A program made the position numbers and the translations under genes. The notes beneath the pieces were generated by a model. That model did no database searches. It was not told the DNA's origin and was given only the letters and a program-made list of their open reading frames with translations. A stretch of DNA of 27,281 nt from a virus (Duplodnaviria > Caudoviricetes): positions 1-27,281 of the IMG/VR virus record IMGVR_UViG_3300032234_000296. One strand, written 5' to 3'. Each line of letters opens with the position of its first letter. Within the stretch, counting starts at the first letter, position 1. Shown here piece after piece: positions 6,922 to 16,257 of the stretch.

Positions 6922-7098
6922 ATGCCTATATACGAGTATGAGTGTCCAAGCTGTAATGTAAAAGCTACCTTTATTCGTGGGATTAATGATAAAGATCCAG
7001 GGTACAAGTGCAACACTTGCAATCTAGACCTTAATCGTGTATACTCATTAGGAGCTGTTACATTTAACGGCAGTGGTTTCTATAGTAAGGACAAGTAA
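6922..7098 (+). CDS. FmdB-family zinc-ribbon protein
   Basis: MPIYEYECPSC...CNTC...F.GSGFY..D. Confidence 0.88.
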   Translation: MPIYEYECPSCNVKATFIRGINDKDPGYKCNTCNLDLNRVYSLGAVTFNGSGFYSKDK

Positions 7099-7344
7099 TT
7101 GGTTATTGAAGAAACCAAACAAGAGTGGAAGCTAGACTCATCATTTCGTTGCGACTCTTGTAATGCTCAGGCATACGTAGAGGTCAAGGGTATCACAGGA
7201 GAACTTTTGTTTTGCTCTCACCACTACAATAAAATTATGGACAATCCAATTGGCTATGAAAAGATGATGGGGTTTGCCCTAGAAGTACTTGACGAGCGTG
7301 AAAAGCTTGTTGAGAATAGATTGAAAGAAGAAAAAGATGTTTGA
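7099..7344 (+). CDS. small zinc-binding hypothetical protein
   Basis: RCDSC.AQAYV...LLFCSHH. Confidence 0.8.
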   Translation: MVIEETKQEWKLDSSFRCDSCNAQAYVEVKGITGELLFCSHHYNKIMDNPIGYEKMMGFALEVLDEREKLVENRLKEEKDV

Positions 7345-7741
7345 GTATTATGTAAAACAAGTTACTAACGTTGTAGACGGAGACACTATTGACGTTGTTA
7401 TTGATCTAGGTTTTGACATTAGCTTTACTTCACGTGTTAGGTTGGCTGGAATTGATACCCCAGAAAGTCGCACAAAGGATAAGGCAGAAAAAGCACTAGG
7501 CCTAGAGTCTAAAAAGTATTTGTCTGATCGTATAAAGGCAGCTAAGAACATTGTTATTAGAACTGAGAAGATAAACTCTTCTGAAAAGTTTGGTCGCATT
7601 CTTGGATGGTTGTATCTAGATGGAGAAAGTAATTCTATTAATCACGAAATGATTGAAAAGGGCTATGCCTGGGGGTATCTTGGAGATGCCAAGGTCAAAG
7701 ACTTTGAAGAACTAAAAGCCAAGAGGGCCATCAATAGCTAA
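7337..7741 (+). CDS. thermonuclease (SNase-like)
   Basis: VVDGDT, RVRLAGIDTPE, KFGRILG, N..MI..GYA. Confidence 0.93.
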   Translation: MFEYYVKQVTNVVDGDTIDVVIDLGFDISFTSRVRLAGIDTPESRTKDKAEKALGLESKKYLSDRIKAAKNIVIRTEKINSSEKFGRILGWLYLDGESNSINHEMIEKGYAWGYLGDAKVKDFEELKAKRAINS

Positions 7742-8067
7742 TGTTAGAACCATCAATTGAGGAGCTAATTCTTAATGGGGTTGTAGAGGTTTCTGGTATT
7801 GATCCTGAGACTGGAGAGTTTCTTTATAACTTTACCAATAAGCTTTATGATGTTATGCCAGACTATTTTAATGAGCGTCTTGACTTTGTCAGAACAGAGA
7901 TGGCATTTTTTCTAGAGCTAGGGTTTCTTGAAATAAACGATCCAGAGGCCGAAAACCCCATAATTTTCTTAACAGATAAGGCTTTTGAAGAGGATGAGAT
8001 TGCAAAGCTTTCTGAAAATAAACAAAAATCTTTAAAAGAAGTCAAGCGTTTATTTGAAGAAAGATGA
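7741..8067 (+). CDS. hypothetical protein
   Basis: ORF coupled to the upstream stop. Confidence 0.8.
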   Translation: MLEPSIEELILNGVVEVSGIDPETGEFLYNFTNKLYDVMPDYFNERLDFVRTEMAFFLELGFLEINDPEAENPIIFLTDKAFEEDEIAKLSENKQKSLKEVKRLFEER

Positions 8068-8079
8068 TATAATATAACT

Positions 8080-9183
8080 ATGCCATATTCAATAGGAGAG
8101 CAGGGAAGCTACGGATGTAGTGGGTATCCTGTCGTAAAAGATGATGACAAGTCTGTTATGGGCTGTCATACTACTGCACAAGAATCTCGTGCTCAGATTG
8201 CAGCTATTGAAGCCAACGAAAATAAGGGGGTTGGCATTAAAAATCCAGAAGAGTGGCCAGTCGATAAGTCAGACTGTTGCCCAGAAGACACCGTATCAAA
8301 ACAGTCTCCTTGTTGGGAGGGCTACGTTCAGCGTGGTATGAAAGAAAAAGATGGCAGGATGGTTCCAAACTGTGTGCCAGTTTCAAAGTCTATGGACGAA
8401 GAAACCTATCGTAAATTTAAAGTAAAGCGTCGTAAACCTTCAGGATATATTTTTGATTCTTCAGGTGCAGTTGTTGCAGGTAGTGATGGAATGACAACCA
8501 AGTCAGACATCAAAGAAGGCGACTTTGTAATGGGAGAAACATCTGAGGGTGTTATTCACGGAGTCGTTGAACATATTATGTGGGAAGGTGGAACATATGG
8601 AACACCTGGAACAGAATATGCAATTGAGTCTATGCCACCAGAAAATCCAGCAATGGCTGTTAGAATTTATGAATACGAAGATGATGAAGAATATTGGGAG
8701 CCAACTCCTTATAGCATTGGAATGATGTATCTAGATGCAACAGTTGTTGACATGGAAGATCATGACATGGATGAAATGGAAATGATTTCAAAAGCAGAAG
8801 GCTATTCTCCAACATCTGGAATGAGGGCAGCAGCTCGTCGTGCTCTTAAATGGAAAGAAGAGGGTAAGGCAACTGGTGCAGGAACTGCTGTAGGCTGGGG
8901 CAGAGCAACAGACATTGCAGCAGGACGCTCAATGTCATTAAGCGTTGTAAAGCGAATGTTCTCATTCTTTTCTCGTCATGAAGAGTCAAGCAAGGGTGGA
9001 AAAGATTTTAACAATATGAGCAATCCATCTAACGGTCGCATTATGTGGGACGCTTGGGGTGGAAATGCAGGATTCTCTTGGTCACGTGCAATCGTAGAAC
9101 GTGAAATGGATAAGGCCATATTCTCTGATTTTGGCACAGACTATACAAATGTAGATAAGCTAACTCACATATTTAAAGATTAG
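8080..9183 (+). CDS. modular hypothetical protein, possibly virion/head-associated
   Basis: 367 aa, leaderless after TATAAT 8068-8073; distinct modules including PCWEGY...VPNCVP and KRMFSFFSRH...WDAWGG. Confidence 0.8.
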   Translation: MPYSIGEQGSYGCSGYPVVKDDDKSVMGCHTTAQESRAQIAAIEANENKGVGIKNPEEWPVDKSDCCPEDTVSKQSPCWEGYVQRGMKEKDGRMVPNCVPVSKSMDEETYRKFKVKRRKPSGYIFDSSGAVVAGSDGMTTKSDIKEGDFVMGETSEGVIHGVVEHIMWEGGTYGTPGTEYAIESMPPENPAMAVRIYEYEDDEEYWEPTPYSIGMMYLDATVVDMEDHDMDEMEMISKAEGYSPTSGMRAAARRALKWKEEGKATGAGTAVGWGRATDIAAGRSMSLSVVKRMFSFFSRHEESSKGGKDFNNMSNPSNGRIMWDAWGGNAGFSWSRAIVEREMDKAIFSDFGTDYTNVDKLTHIFKD

Positions 9184-9194
9184 TTGGTAAAACA

Positions 9195-9593
9195 ATGCTA
9201 GAATTTCTTGTATTTTTTATTGCTGGGGTATTGACAACCCTAGCCTTAATTGCTATAATTAAACAGTATAATAAGCATAGTCGTGCCAAGAATATGCCTG
9301 TTAGTCAAAGTTCTATGTTTTTGTTAATTAAGAACTTTTTGCCAGACTTAATGTTTGAGACAAAATACAGGGATACTCAGGCATTCGTGTATGAAGATAC
9401 AAGAACGTTTAGGTACATCGAAATGTCTGATCATAGGGCATATTGGATGGACAAAAACAAGATTTATTATGCAGAGATAAAGGATGGAAGATTCAATCCA
9501 GCTACGGGTAAACCAACTGAAATGAATAATCTATCTGAAAAACAAGTAAATAAGATGCTTTATATTCTTAATACTTTAAAGAACGGATCGTAA
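9195..9593 (+). CDS. membrane-anchored hypothetical protein
   Basis: N-terminal hydrophobic segment. Confidence 0.8.
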   Translation: MLEFLVFFIAGVLTTLALIAIIKQYNKHSRAKNMPVSQSSMFLLIKNFLPDLMFETKYRDTQAFVYEDTRTFRYIEMSDHRAYWMDKNKIYYAEIKDGRFNPATGKPTEMNNLSEKQVNKMLYILNTLKNGS

Positions 9594-9594
9594 G

Positions 9595-9945
9595 TTGATA
9601 ATTGCAGCACAGGGGACAAACACCTTTAATGATTATCATGTTTTCATGAGGTCAATGGCTGTTGGCATGTCTATGCTTCCAGAAGATGACAAAGAAATTC
9701 TAGTCTATAGTGTTGGACCTAAGAATGTCAATGGATTCGTTGCTGAGTTTTGCAATATTACTGAGCGTAGTTTAAAGGCTAGAGGCATAAAGATTAGACA
9801 TCATAAAGTTCCATCTTCCTGGGCTGAAGAAAATCTAAGTAAAATTGATTATCTTATTTTTTTAAGTAAGCCTGGAGAGTATAACTCTAAGTTAGTTGCA
9901 CAAGCAGAGCTTAGTGGGGTAGAAGTTGGAGTGTTTAGGTACTAA
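9595..9945 (+). CDS. SLOG/YspA-like hypothetical protein
   Basis: N-terminus IIAAQGTNTFNDY resembles the I.V.GSR.F.DY SLOG start; family call tentative. Confidence 0.6.
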   Translation: MIIAAQGTNTFNDYHVFMRSMAVGMSMLPEDDKEILVYSVGPKNVNGFVAEFCNITERSLKARGIKIRHHKVPSSWAEENLSKIDYLIFLSKPGEYNSKLVAQAELSGVEVGVFRY

Positions 9946-10190
9946 TGAAAACAAATAAAACTCAAAACAAAGAGGTAACAGTGCTAATTAAATCATTAGA
10001 GAAGATGGAATCTATCGTCTCAAAAAACAAATCCTTGTCATGGGATGGTTGGAATGTAGTAGAGCTCGTTAGATCACCGTCAGCTGTTTATAAGACAAAC
10101 GGTGCAAGGGTTAACGGAGTTTGGTATATCAAAAACATTTTTAGCCTTGACCAAGACGGCTGGAAAGTACCAAGTAAATATACGGAGTAG
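9945..10190 (+). CDS. hypothetical protein (start may be GTG 9981)
   Basis: ORF track; GAGG before GTG 9981. Confidence 0.75.
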   Translation: MKTNKTQNKEVTVLIKSLEKMESIVSKNKSLSWDGWNVVELVRSPSAVYKTNGARVNGVWYIKNIFSLDQDGWKVPSKYTE

Positions 10191-10193
10191 GTC

Positions 10194-10478
10194 ATGCAAG
10201 ATCAATCATGGAAAGATCAAGCTGCATGTTTGGGGGAAGAAGTAAATGATTACTTTGACAACTATGAAGAAGATGTTGAGCTACGGTCTGTAATAGACCA
10301 AGTTTGTAGAGAGTGTCCAGTGAGGAAGATGTGTTTTTCTGCAGGGGTTTCTGGAAAAGAAACTGGTGTTTGGGGTGGAGTTTACTTTGAACAAGGCGAT
10401 ATCTCTAGAGAATTTAATAGACATAAGGCAAGAGAGAACTGGGCTAAAACCTGGCAATCATTAACAACGGATAAATAA
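10194..10478 (+). CDS. whiB: WhiB-family Fe-S transcription factor
   Basis: W...AAC, CRECPVRKMC (4 Cys in total), GVWGG turn. Confidence 0.92.
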   Translation: MQDQSWKDQAACLGEEVNDYFDNYEEDVELRSVIDQVCRECPVRKMCFSAGVSGKETGVWGGVYFEQGDISREFNRHKARENWAKTWQSLTTDK

Positions 10479-10480
10479 TT

Positions 10481-10705
10481 ATGGAACTGTGGTCGTGGGT
10501 ACTAGCAGCCATTGGGGTGGCTGGAATATACTTTGTTGGAAGAAAAACCCTGTGGGGTTGGTTTGTGCTTCTATTCAATGAAACTCTTTGGATTGCTTAT
10601 GCTATTGTAACAGAGCAATACGGCTTTATAGTTTCTGCCGTTGCCTATGCTGCGGTATACATTAAATCCTACCTACATTGGAAAGAAGACGAACGTGTAC
10701 ACTGA
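10481..10705 (+). CDS. small PnuC-like 3-TM membrane protein
   Basis: Three hydrophobic helices, WGW...W..Y...QYGF. Confidence 0.7.
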   Translation: MELWSWVLAAIGVAGIYFVGRKTLWGWFVLLFNETLWIAYAIVTEQYGFIVSAVAYAAVYIKSYLHWKEDERVH

Positions 10706-10934
10706 TGCAATGAAAAGAGCGTTTCACTCCATAACACCACCAAAAGGATTTGCTGGGATAGAGCTGCTTGACAATGATAACTTTATAACTATTAGACTTA
10801 ATGAAAAGCTGTTTGCCAATCTTGATGAGTTTGCAAAACGTGAAGCTATTCAGTATGTATTTTTAGTAAAAAAAGCCCTAGAAGATAATGGGGCAGTAGT
10901 CCTTGTAGTAAGAAAGGCATTGGGAGAAAAATGA
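10695..10934 (+). CDS. hypothetical protein
   Basis: In-frame GTG 10695 gives MYTDAMKRAF..., overlapping the upstream stop. Confidence 0.75.
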   Translation: MYTDAMKRAFHSITPPKGFAGIELLDNDNFITIRLNEKLFANLDEFAKREAIQYVFLVKKALEDNGAVVLVVRKALGEK

Positions 10935-11314
10935 TAATTGGTTATGAACAATATTTCTACGCAGGTGGAATTTTATTTTTGTCTGTCTTGAGTACCTCAT
11001 TGGTGGTTGCACTGATGATTACTAAAAAGAAAAATAAAGAACTACAAGAAAGACTATCTGATCGTGAAGAGATTGCTAACGAGTCTTACTTAAAATTTTT
11101 AACTACATCTAGAAATGAGGCCTTTACTTATATTGTAGATGTACAAGAAAAGCTAGATATCTTTAGTAAAAAGATTGAACCACAACTAAACTATTTTAAT
11201 ACTTATGGTAGGTCAGTGTCTAGTCCACACACAATCATGCTGGAGAAAATAGACTCTGCGTATGAGGAACTAAAAACTATCCTGCCACAAGAAAATAAGG
11301 AGAAAAATGAATAA
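10931..11314 (+). CDS. membrane-anchored coiled-coil protein
   Basis: N-terminal TM followed by KKKNK. Confidence 0.8.
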   Translation: MIIGYEQYFYAGGILFLSVLSTSLVVALMITKKKNKELQERLSDREEIANESYLKFLTTSRNEAFTYIVDVQEKLDIFSKKIEPQLNYFNTYGRSVSSPHTIMLEKIDSAYEELKTILPQENKEKNE

Positions 11315-11624
11315 GGAAATGAAAACAATGCTAGAATCATACCTACGCAACCTGCTTGGTGTAGTACTAGCCCTAGTAACAACAACAATGGCAAATGCAG
11401 GAGTATCATCTCCCCTAGACTTTGGGACAGCTGAATGGCTAACAGTCGCAAACGGTCTATGGGCAGCTGCAGTGCCTACCTTGCTCCGTTATGTGAACAA
11501 GAAGGATCCAGCATTTGGACTTGTTGCTGAAGTCGCTGCTAAAGAGGTCTCTAAGAAGCTCTCAGAGGCCGCTAAGAAGGCTCCAGCAAAGAAAGCAACA
11601 GCAAAGAAGGCTACTAAGAAGTAG
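11307..11624 (+). CDS. holin-like membrane protein
   Basis: SYLR..., 2 TM, LRYVN.KD.AFG, K/A-rich basic tail. Confidence 0.7.
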   Translation: MNKEMKTMLESYLRNLLGVVLALVTTTMANAGVSSPLDFGTAEWLTVANGLWAAAVPTLLRYVNKKDPAFGLVAEVAAKEVSKKLSEAAKKAPAKKATAKKATKK

Positions 11625-11686
11625 CCCTTGTACAAGGATTAGGCGGGTCAGAGATGGCCCGTCTTTCCTGTATAATGGAGAAAGAT

Positions 11687-12376
11687 ATGGACCTCGTATA
11701 TATTTGTAGAGATGGTGAGAACGAAGAGTTAAGATACTCTATTCGTTCTGCCGTTAAAAACCTACCCCACGATAAAATTTGGATAGTTGGAGGAAAGCCT
11801 GATTGGTACATAGGCAACTACATAGAGGTAGACCAGGGTAAAGCTAAGTACACAAACGCCAGGAATAGCCTAAGAGCTATATGTAATTCAAAAGAGATCT
11901 CTGATTCGTTTATCTTGATGAATGATGATTTTTATATTATTAATAAGGTTGACTCAGTTCCTTATATGTATGCTGGTACCCTAGATGATAGGATAGAACA
12001 ACGAGAAGATATATTCTCTGGAAATACTTATACCACCCTTTTAAAGAAAACTTTGGGAGCGTTAAATCGCAGAAAGAAAAACATTATTTTGGATTATGAG
12101 TTGCACGTTCCAATGGTTATGAGCAAGAAAAAACTTCTGAGCGTTCTAATGGTTTCTGGTTTGTGGAGATCCTTGTACGGAAACATTTTTAATGTTGGGG
12201 GTATTGAAGTCAAGGACGTAAAGGTATACGATAAAAATGATAGGTTCTATGTTAACTCTTATGACATTAATAATTTAGAATCTGACTATCTATCTAGCAA
12301 TGATGACTCTTTTGAAATAATTAAATCTTTAATACTAGAAAAACGTTTCCCATTTAAAACAGCTTACGAGTCTTAA
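11687..12376 (+). CDS. Stealth-like phosphotransferase/glycosyltransferase
   Basis: DLVY, EELRYSIRS and FILMNDDF resemble Stealth conserved regions; GGAG SD before ATG 11687. Confidence 0.7.
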   Translation: MDLVYICRDGENEELRYSIRSAVKNLPHDKIWIVGGKPDWYIGNYIEVDQGKAKYTNARNSLRAICNSKEISDSFILMNDDFYIINKVDSVPYMYAGTLDDRIEQREDIFSGNTYTTLLKKTLGALNRRKKNIILDYELHVPMVMSKKKLLSVLMVSGLWRSLYGNIFNVGGIEVKDVKVYDKNDRFYVNSYDINNLESDYLSSNDDSFEIIKSLILEKRFPFKTAYES

Positions 12377-13422
12377 AAGTTTTGCCTAGAAGATTTAGTA
12401 ACTGATCTTTTTCTTATCTGGTTTTCTGCTGGCTTTTTAGCAGTTGCTATAAACTCTGCAAACCTTTCCAATTCTTGAACCTGACGAGCCTGTAACCATT
12501 CAGCCTTTTCTCTTGCTTTTGTGCTATAAGCTTCATAATCACTTTCAATTGTATCAATTGCTTTAGCAGCCTCTTCTATACTTAGTGGTTTAATTAAGAT
12601 TGCAGCATCTCCAATACCTTCCCTTACATGTGGAGTGTCTACGTGTATAGATGGTATTCCGTAACCAGCAGCCTCAATAGCAGACATTCCATATGTTTCG
12701 TATCTAGATGGAACTAAAAGAATTCTGGTTTGTTCAAAATATTTATAAACTTCTTCTGGCGGAACCCTAGGGTGCAGCTCTACGTTTGGAAGCAATGCAG
12801 CTCTTTCCTCAAGATCTACCAAACCATGAGTAGGCTCTGCTGGAGACCTAACAATAATAAATCTTTTATCTGGGTACATCTTAGCTAAAGCAAGAACAAC
12901 CTCAACGCCTTTGTTAACCAAAGAAGAAAGCACGGTGTATGCATCTCCTTTGTTGCTAATCTTTTTTGGCAATGCTGTAATTGGTGGATGAAGAACTATA
13001 GCCTTTGGCTCGCCCCACTGTTTTGCAGCAACCTCAGTATTGTATATGGCATAGTCAGCACGAATAACTGCTTCTCTAATACCTTTGCCATACTTTGGTG
13101 GAGCATGAACGTTTACCATAGAAATAGCGCCTACTGCTTGAGCAGCCAACACTGCAGGAAGAGATAGTTCGCTTTGACCTATTACAACTCTTGCATTAAG
13201 TTTTTTTAACTGTTCCGCAATTGGCTGTGGATTGGCATTAATATTTAAAACATTTGGAGTGTTTATTTGCTTTACCTTTACTCCCTCAAAAGTGTAGTCC
13301 TTTTCTGTACTAGTAAGAACCACAACCTCTTTTTTCAATGAGGCTAGGGTTCTATGTAAAGAAACTTCTCCACCCATATTCCAAAGTGGAGGGTATCCAT
13401 GAGATACTCCAACAACGGTCAT
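12373..13422 (-). CDS. glycosyltransferase family 4 (GT-B)
   Basis: GGE motif, LVPSRYETYGMSAIEAAGYGIP (EX7E). Confidence 0.9.
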   Translation of the reverse strand: MTVVGVSHGYPPLWNMGGEVSLHRTLASLKKEVVVLTSTEKDYTFEGVKVKQINTPNVLNINANPQPIAEQLKKLNARVVIGQSELSLPAVLAAQAVGAISMVNVHAPPKYGKGIREAVIRADYAIYNTEVAAKQWGEPKAIVLHPPITALPKKISNKGDAYTVLSSLVNKGVEVVLALAKMYPDKRFIIVRSPAEPTHGLVDLEERAALLPNVELHPRVPPEEVYKYFEQTRILLVPSRYETYGMSAIEAAGYGIPSIHVDTPHVREGIGDAAILIKPLSIEEAAKAIDTIESDYEAYSTKAREKAEWLQARQVQELERFAEFIATAKKPAENQIRKRSVTKSSRQNF

Positions 13423-14078
13423 TAATCTTTATACCTTTCATGTCTTGTGTTTATCCAAATTTGGTCTTGAAGGCTCCATCCCCATTGGTAGCTAACATTT
13501 GCTAGAGAAAATCCAAGGTCTTGCATAACCTTCATAACTTCTAAATTATTTGAAGGCTCTCCCCAAGCTTTTCTTTCTGGTGTTTCAGTTTCTATGTGGG
13601 CTACAAGGACATCTTGCATCCTGTTTCCCATTCCAGAAATAACTGGTACAGACTGCCCCTCAACATCAATCTTTAAAATGTCTATGGTGCCAGACGGAAG
13701 AATCATATCTAATCTAGTTACTGGAACATCAATTATTGCGCTTTTTGTTGCATAAGCATTTTGTCTTTCCATCATTAAAGAGGATGATCCAGAAAACTCA
13801 TCTTCTGTCATTTCAACAAACTTAGACTTTCCAACAAAGTCAGACACTGCTGTAGCAAAAACTAAAAAGTTTGGATATTTTTGTTGAATAGCTTCAGCTG
13901 CGTTCTTTCTTGCTTCTACACAAATAACCTGAACATCATCTTGACTAGGTAGTCTTTCTAAAAGCCATTGGGCATCATCGCCATCTCTAGATCCTGCGTC
14001 AACAATTTTAGAAATTGGACCGCCAAAATATTTTTGATAACCATCAACTATAGGCTGGAGCCAAATACCACTATCCAT
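13422..14078 (-). CDS. FkbM-family SAM methyltransferase
   Basis: VDAGSRDG, AVSD..G, TRLD, IDILKIDVEG. Confidence 0.9.
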   Translation of the reverse strand: MDSGIWLQPIVDGYQKYFGGPISKIVDAGSRDGDDAQWLLERLPSQDDVQVICVEARKNAAEAIQQKYPNFLVFATAVSDFVGKSKFVEMTEDEFSGSSSLMMERQNAYATKSAIIDVPVTRLDMILPSGTIDILKIDVEGQSVPVISGMGNRMQDVLVAHIETETPERKAWGEPSNNLEVMKVMQDLGFSLANVSYQWGWSLQDQIWINTRHERYKD

Positions 14079-14751
14079 TATTATTCCTTAAGGCTTTTTT
14101 AGCAATCTGCAAGCCTTCTCCGTCTCTCCAAGTTTCAAAAGCAATTCTATCTAAGTCACGCTTTTTCTTGTCGTTTGCTTCTTGATATGTTTTGTCATCA
14201 GGAGCTGCTTTGTTCCAGCGATGCAAATGACTTAGCTTTACCTCTGGAAGATAAATAAACTTAGTTAGCTTTCCTAGCTCTCTCCAGGCATTGTCAAGAA
14301 ATAGATGTCTGCTTGTTGGCAGTCCTAGCCAACCCAAGCGACGATACATTTCCATAGGAACTACGACATGTGTTGGAAGATCTTGACCATGTAAGTGTTC
14401 TAGTCCATCGCTACCATATACCACTCCAAGTTCAGGCAAAGCCTTTACCATCGTCTCATCCCAGCCTACTGTTTCTGGAAGAACATCATCTCCAAGAATT
14501 GCAACGTGCGTAAAGTCTTCTTTGGAGGCTATCTCTGCCAATTCATTTAACGATGCTGTAAAAAATATTCTTGGGCCAGTAAAATACCTAACCTTTTCCA
14601 GGGCTGGATACACAGACTTATCATCTTCGTCTATCCTTGCAAGGATTTCGTAATCTAATTTGCAGGTTTCTTTTACAGCCTTTGCAAGTCTTTCTAGGTT
14701 GTGTGGTCTGCCACGTGTAGGTACGGTGATTGCTAATTTAAATTTACTCAT
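14071..14751 (-). CDS. glycosyltransferase family 2 (GT-A)
   Basis: VPTRGRP, IDEDD, LGDD, H.F.D, H.H. Confidence 0.85.
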   Translation of the reverse strand: MSKFKLAITVPTRGRPHNLERLAKAVKETCKLDYEILARIDEDDKSVYPALEKVRYFTGPRIFFTASLNELAEIASKEDFTHVAILGDDVLPETVGWDETMVKALPELGVVYGSDGLEHLHGQDLPTHVVVPMEMYRRLGWLGLPTSRHLFLDNAWRELGKLTKFIYLPEVKLSHLHRWNKAAPDDKTYQEANDKKKRDLDRIAFETWRDGEGLQIAKKALRNNNG

Positions 14752-14766
14752 TATGTTTTCCTTAGT

Positions 14767-15465
14767 TTAAAGTCTAATTGCTTTTGCAAACACAACTCTT
14801 GATGCCATCTTAGATGCAGCAATAATTGCAATAGGAGCAGAAACGCTCAGTATAAGACCTGCCCACATTTGAGGATTTGTCCAGACATACTCCCAAAAGT
14901 CCAGGGTGTGGAAAGCATTAGCAAGAACAGCAATACCACCAAAAGCAATCATGCCCCAAAGAGCACCATTAGTTTTTTCTGGAACACCATCCTCATCAAC
15001 ACGAGAACCAAGAACAAGATAGGCAATTAGGTAAAGAAGATACATAAGCTCAATGAAGAAGAAGAACAGTCCAGCCATCCAAGCCTGAGACAATCCTACG
15101 AATGCAGCTACAGATGTAATACCATTAAACGATACAATTGCAGAAGATATAAATGCAACACCAATACCAAGAATCCAAGTCCACAGGACTAGCTTTTGAT
15201 CAATCTGAACTCTTGGTGCTCGCTTTGCTTCTTGCTTTTCATACATAAGAGACTTATTGTCTTTTAGGTTAGCTTTTACAACAGTAGTTACAGACTTAGT
15301 CCTAGTTTTTTTAGCTTTTTCAGCTACCTCTGGTTCCGAAACAACAGGTGTGATGGTTCCAGGAAATTGTTTTATTGCCATTTCCTCTTCTTTCTCAATA
15401 ACAGCTGGCTCATTCTTATCTGTAAAATATGTACCAGTCTTTTCGTCATAATTTATGTTTGCCAT
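14767..15465 (-). CDS. 4-TM membrane protein with charged N-terminus (DUF2637-like, tentative)
   Basis: Four hydrophobic segments, VSF, AN..H; leaderless after TATAAT. Confidence 0.75.
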   Translation of the reverse strand: MANINYDEKTGTYFTDKNEPAVIEKEEEMAIKQFPGTITPVVSEPEVAEKAKKTRTKSVTTVVKANLKDNKSLMYEKQEAKRAPRVQIDQKLVLWTWILGIGVAFISSAIVSFNGITSVAAFVGLSQAWMAGLFFFFIELMYLLYLIAYLVLGSRVDEDGVPEKTNGALWGMIAFGGIAVLANAFHTLDFWEYVWTNPQMWAGLILSVSAPIAIIAASKMASRVVFAKAIRL

Positions 15466-15487
15466 AATATCTATTATATCCTATTTG

Positions 15488-15561
15488 TGGGAAGTATGGG
15501 ACTTGAACCCATGACCAACGGATTATGAGTCCGTAGCTCTAACCAGCTGAGCTAACTTCCC
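15488..15561 (-). tRNA. tRNA with CAT anticodon (Met elongator or Ile2)
   Basis: GGGAAGT/ACTTCCC-A acceptor, ACGGA-CTCATAA-TCCGT; position 1-72 paired, so not an initiator. Confidence 0.92.
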
Positions 15562-15704
15562 TCAGCCTCAAAGTCCAGCTCAGTACTAAGTAATCTTAAT
15601 CTTATTTCCATAGACTCTACAGCCTCTTGGCTCATAGCAATCTCAAGTTCAAGCTTATCTAGCTTCTTGTTGATTTCTGCAATCTCAGCCTCAAACTCGT
15701 TCAC
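15552..15704 (-). CDS. acidic coiled-coil protein (50 aa)
   Basis: GTG overlapping the upstream TGA; MNEFEAEIAEINKKLDKLE... Confidence 0.65.
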   Translation of the reverse strand: MNEFEAEIAEINKKLDKLELEIAMSQEAVESMEIRLRLLSTELDFEAEGS

Positions 15705-15853
15705 TTGCGATGCTTGCCTTTTCCTTTTTTGACAAAAACCCTTAGTAAAATCAAGTAGGTAAGCCAAGCAAAGGCAATCTCAAATCCAACATTCATTAAA
15801 AAGTCAGCAAAAATGTGATGAGGATCCGTTAGAATATCAATCCATGTATCCAT
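15701..15853 (-). CDS. small membrane protein (50 aa)
   Basis: MDTWIDILTDPHH...LLRVFVKKGKGKHRK*; TAATG coupling. Confidence 0.7.
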   Translation of the reverse strand: MDTWIDILTDPHHIFADFLMNVGFEIAFAWLTYLILLRVFVKKGKGKHRK

Positions 15854-16026
15854 TAGCTAATATTAATTCTATTAATTCCAGAAATATAGCCTTGCTGCCA
15901 AGCTTTCATCTCTGGTTCAGTTGGGGTATAGTCAAGGGTTTCAATCCAAGCGATCATGTCTTTTTTAGCTGTGGCAATAATGTTGTTTGCCTGACGTTTA
16001 GCTTTACGTTTTTCTTCTCTACTCAT
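15853..16026 (-). CDS. hypothetical protein (57 aa)
   Basis: GAGGAG SD; TTGACA-17-TAGAAT promoter at 16043-16071. Confidence 0.8.
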   Translation of the reverse strand: MSREEKRKAKRQANNIIATAKKDMIAWIETLDYTPTEPEMKAWQQGYISGINRINIS

Positions 16027-16089
16027 TATTCTCCTCAGATATATTCTACATTAAAAGTGCAAAAGTGTCAAGTCTGCTATAATTAATCT

Positions 16090-16257
16090 ATGAACTCTTG
16101 CCCAAATTGTAGCCACGAGTTGGTTAATATTATTTATGGAATCCCAGGACCAAAGTTGATTGCTATGGCGATTAATGAAGACGTTGCTCTGGGCGGCACA
16201 ACTTTAGTGCTGGATCAGCCAAAGCTATATTGCTACGGCTGTCACGAAACCCTTTAG
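16090..16257 (+). CDS. zinc-ribbon protein (55 aa)
   Basis: CPNC...IIYG.P...LGG...CYGC; leaderless after TATAAT 16078-16083. Confidence 0.8.
   Translation: MNSCPNCSHELVNIIYGIPGPKLIAMAINEDVALGGTTLVLDQPKLYCYGCHETL

Noticed and set aside
15488-15561. tRNA as prophage attachment site
   Set aside because: No integrase or duplicated tRNA 3' end in the window, and both flanks are phage-like
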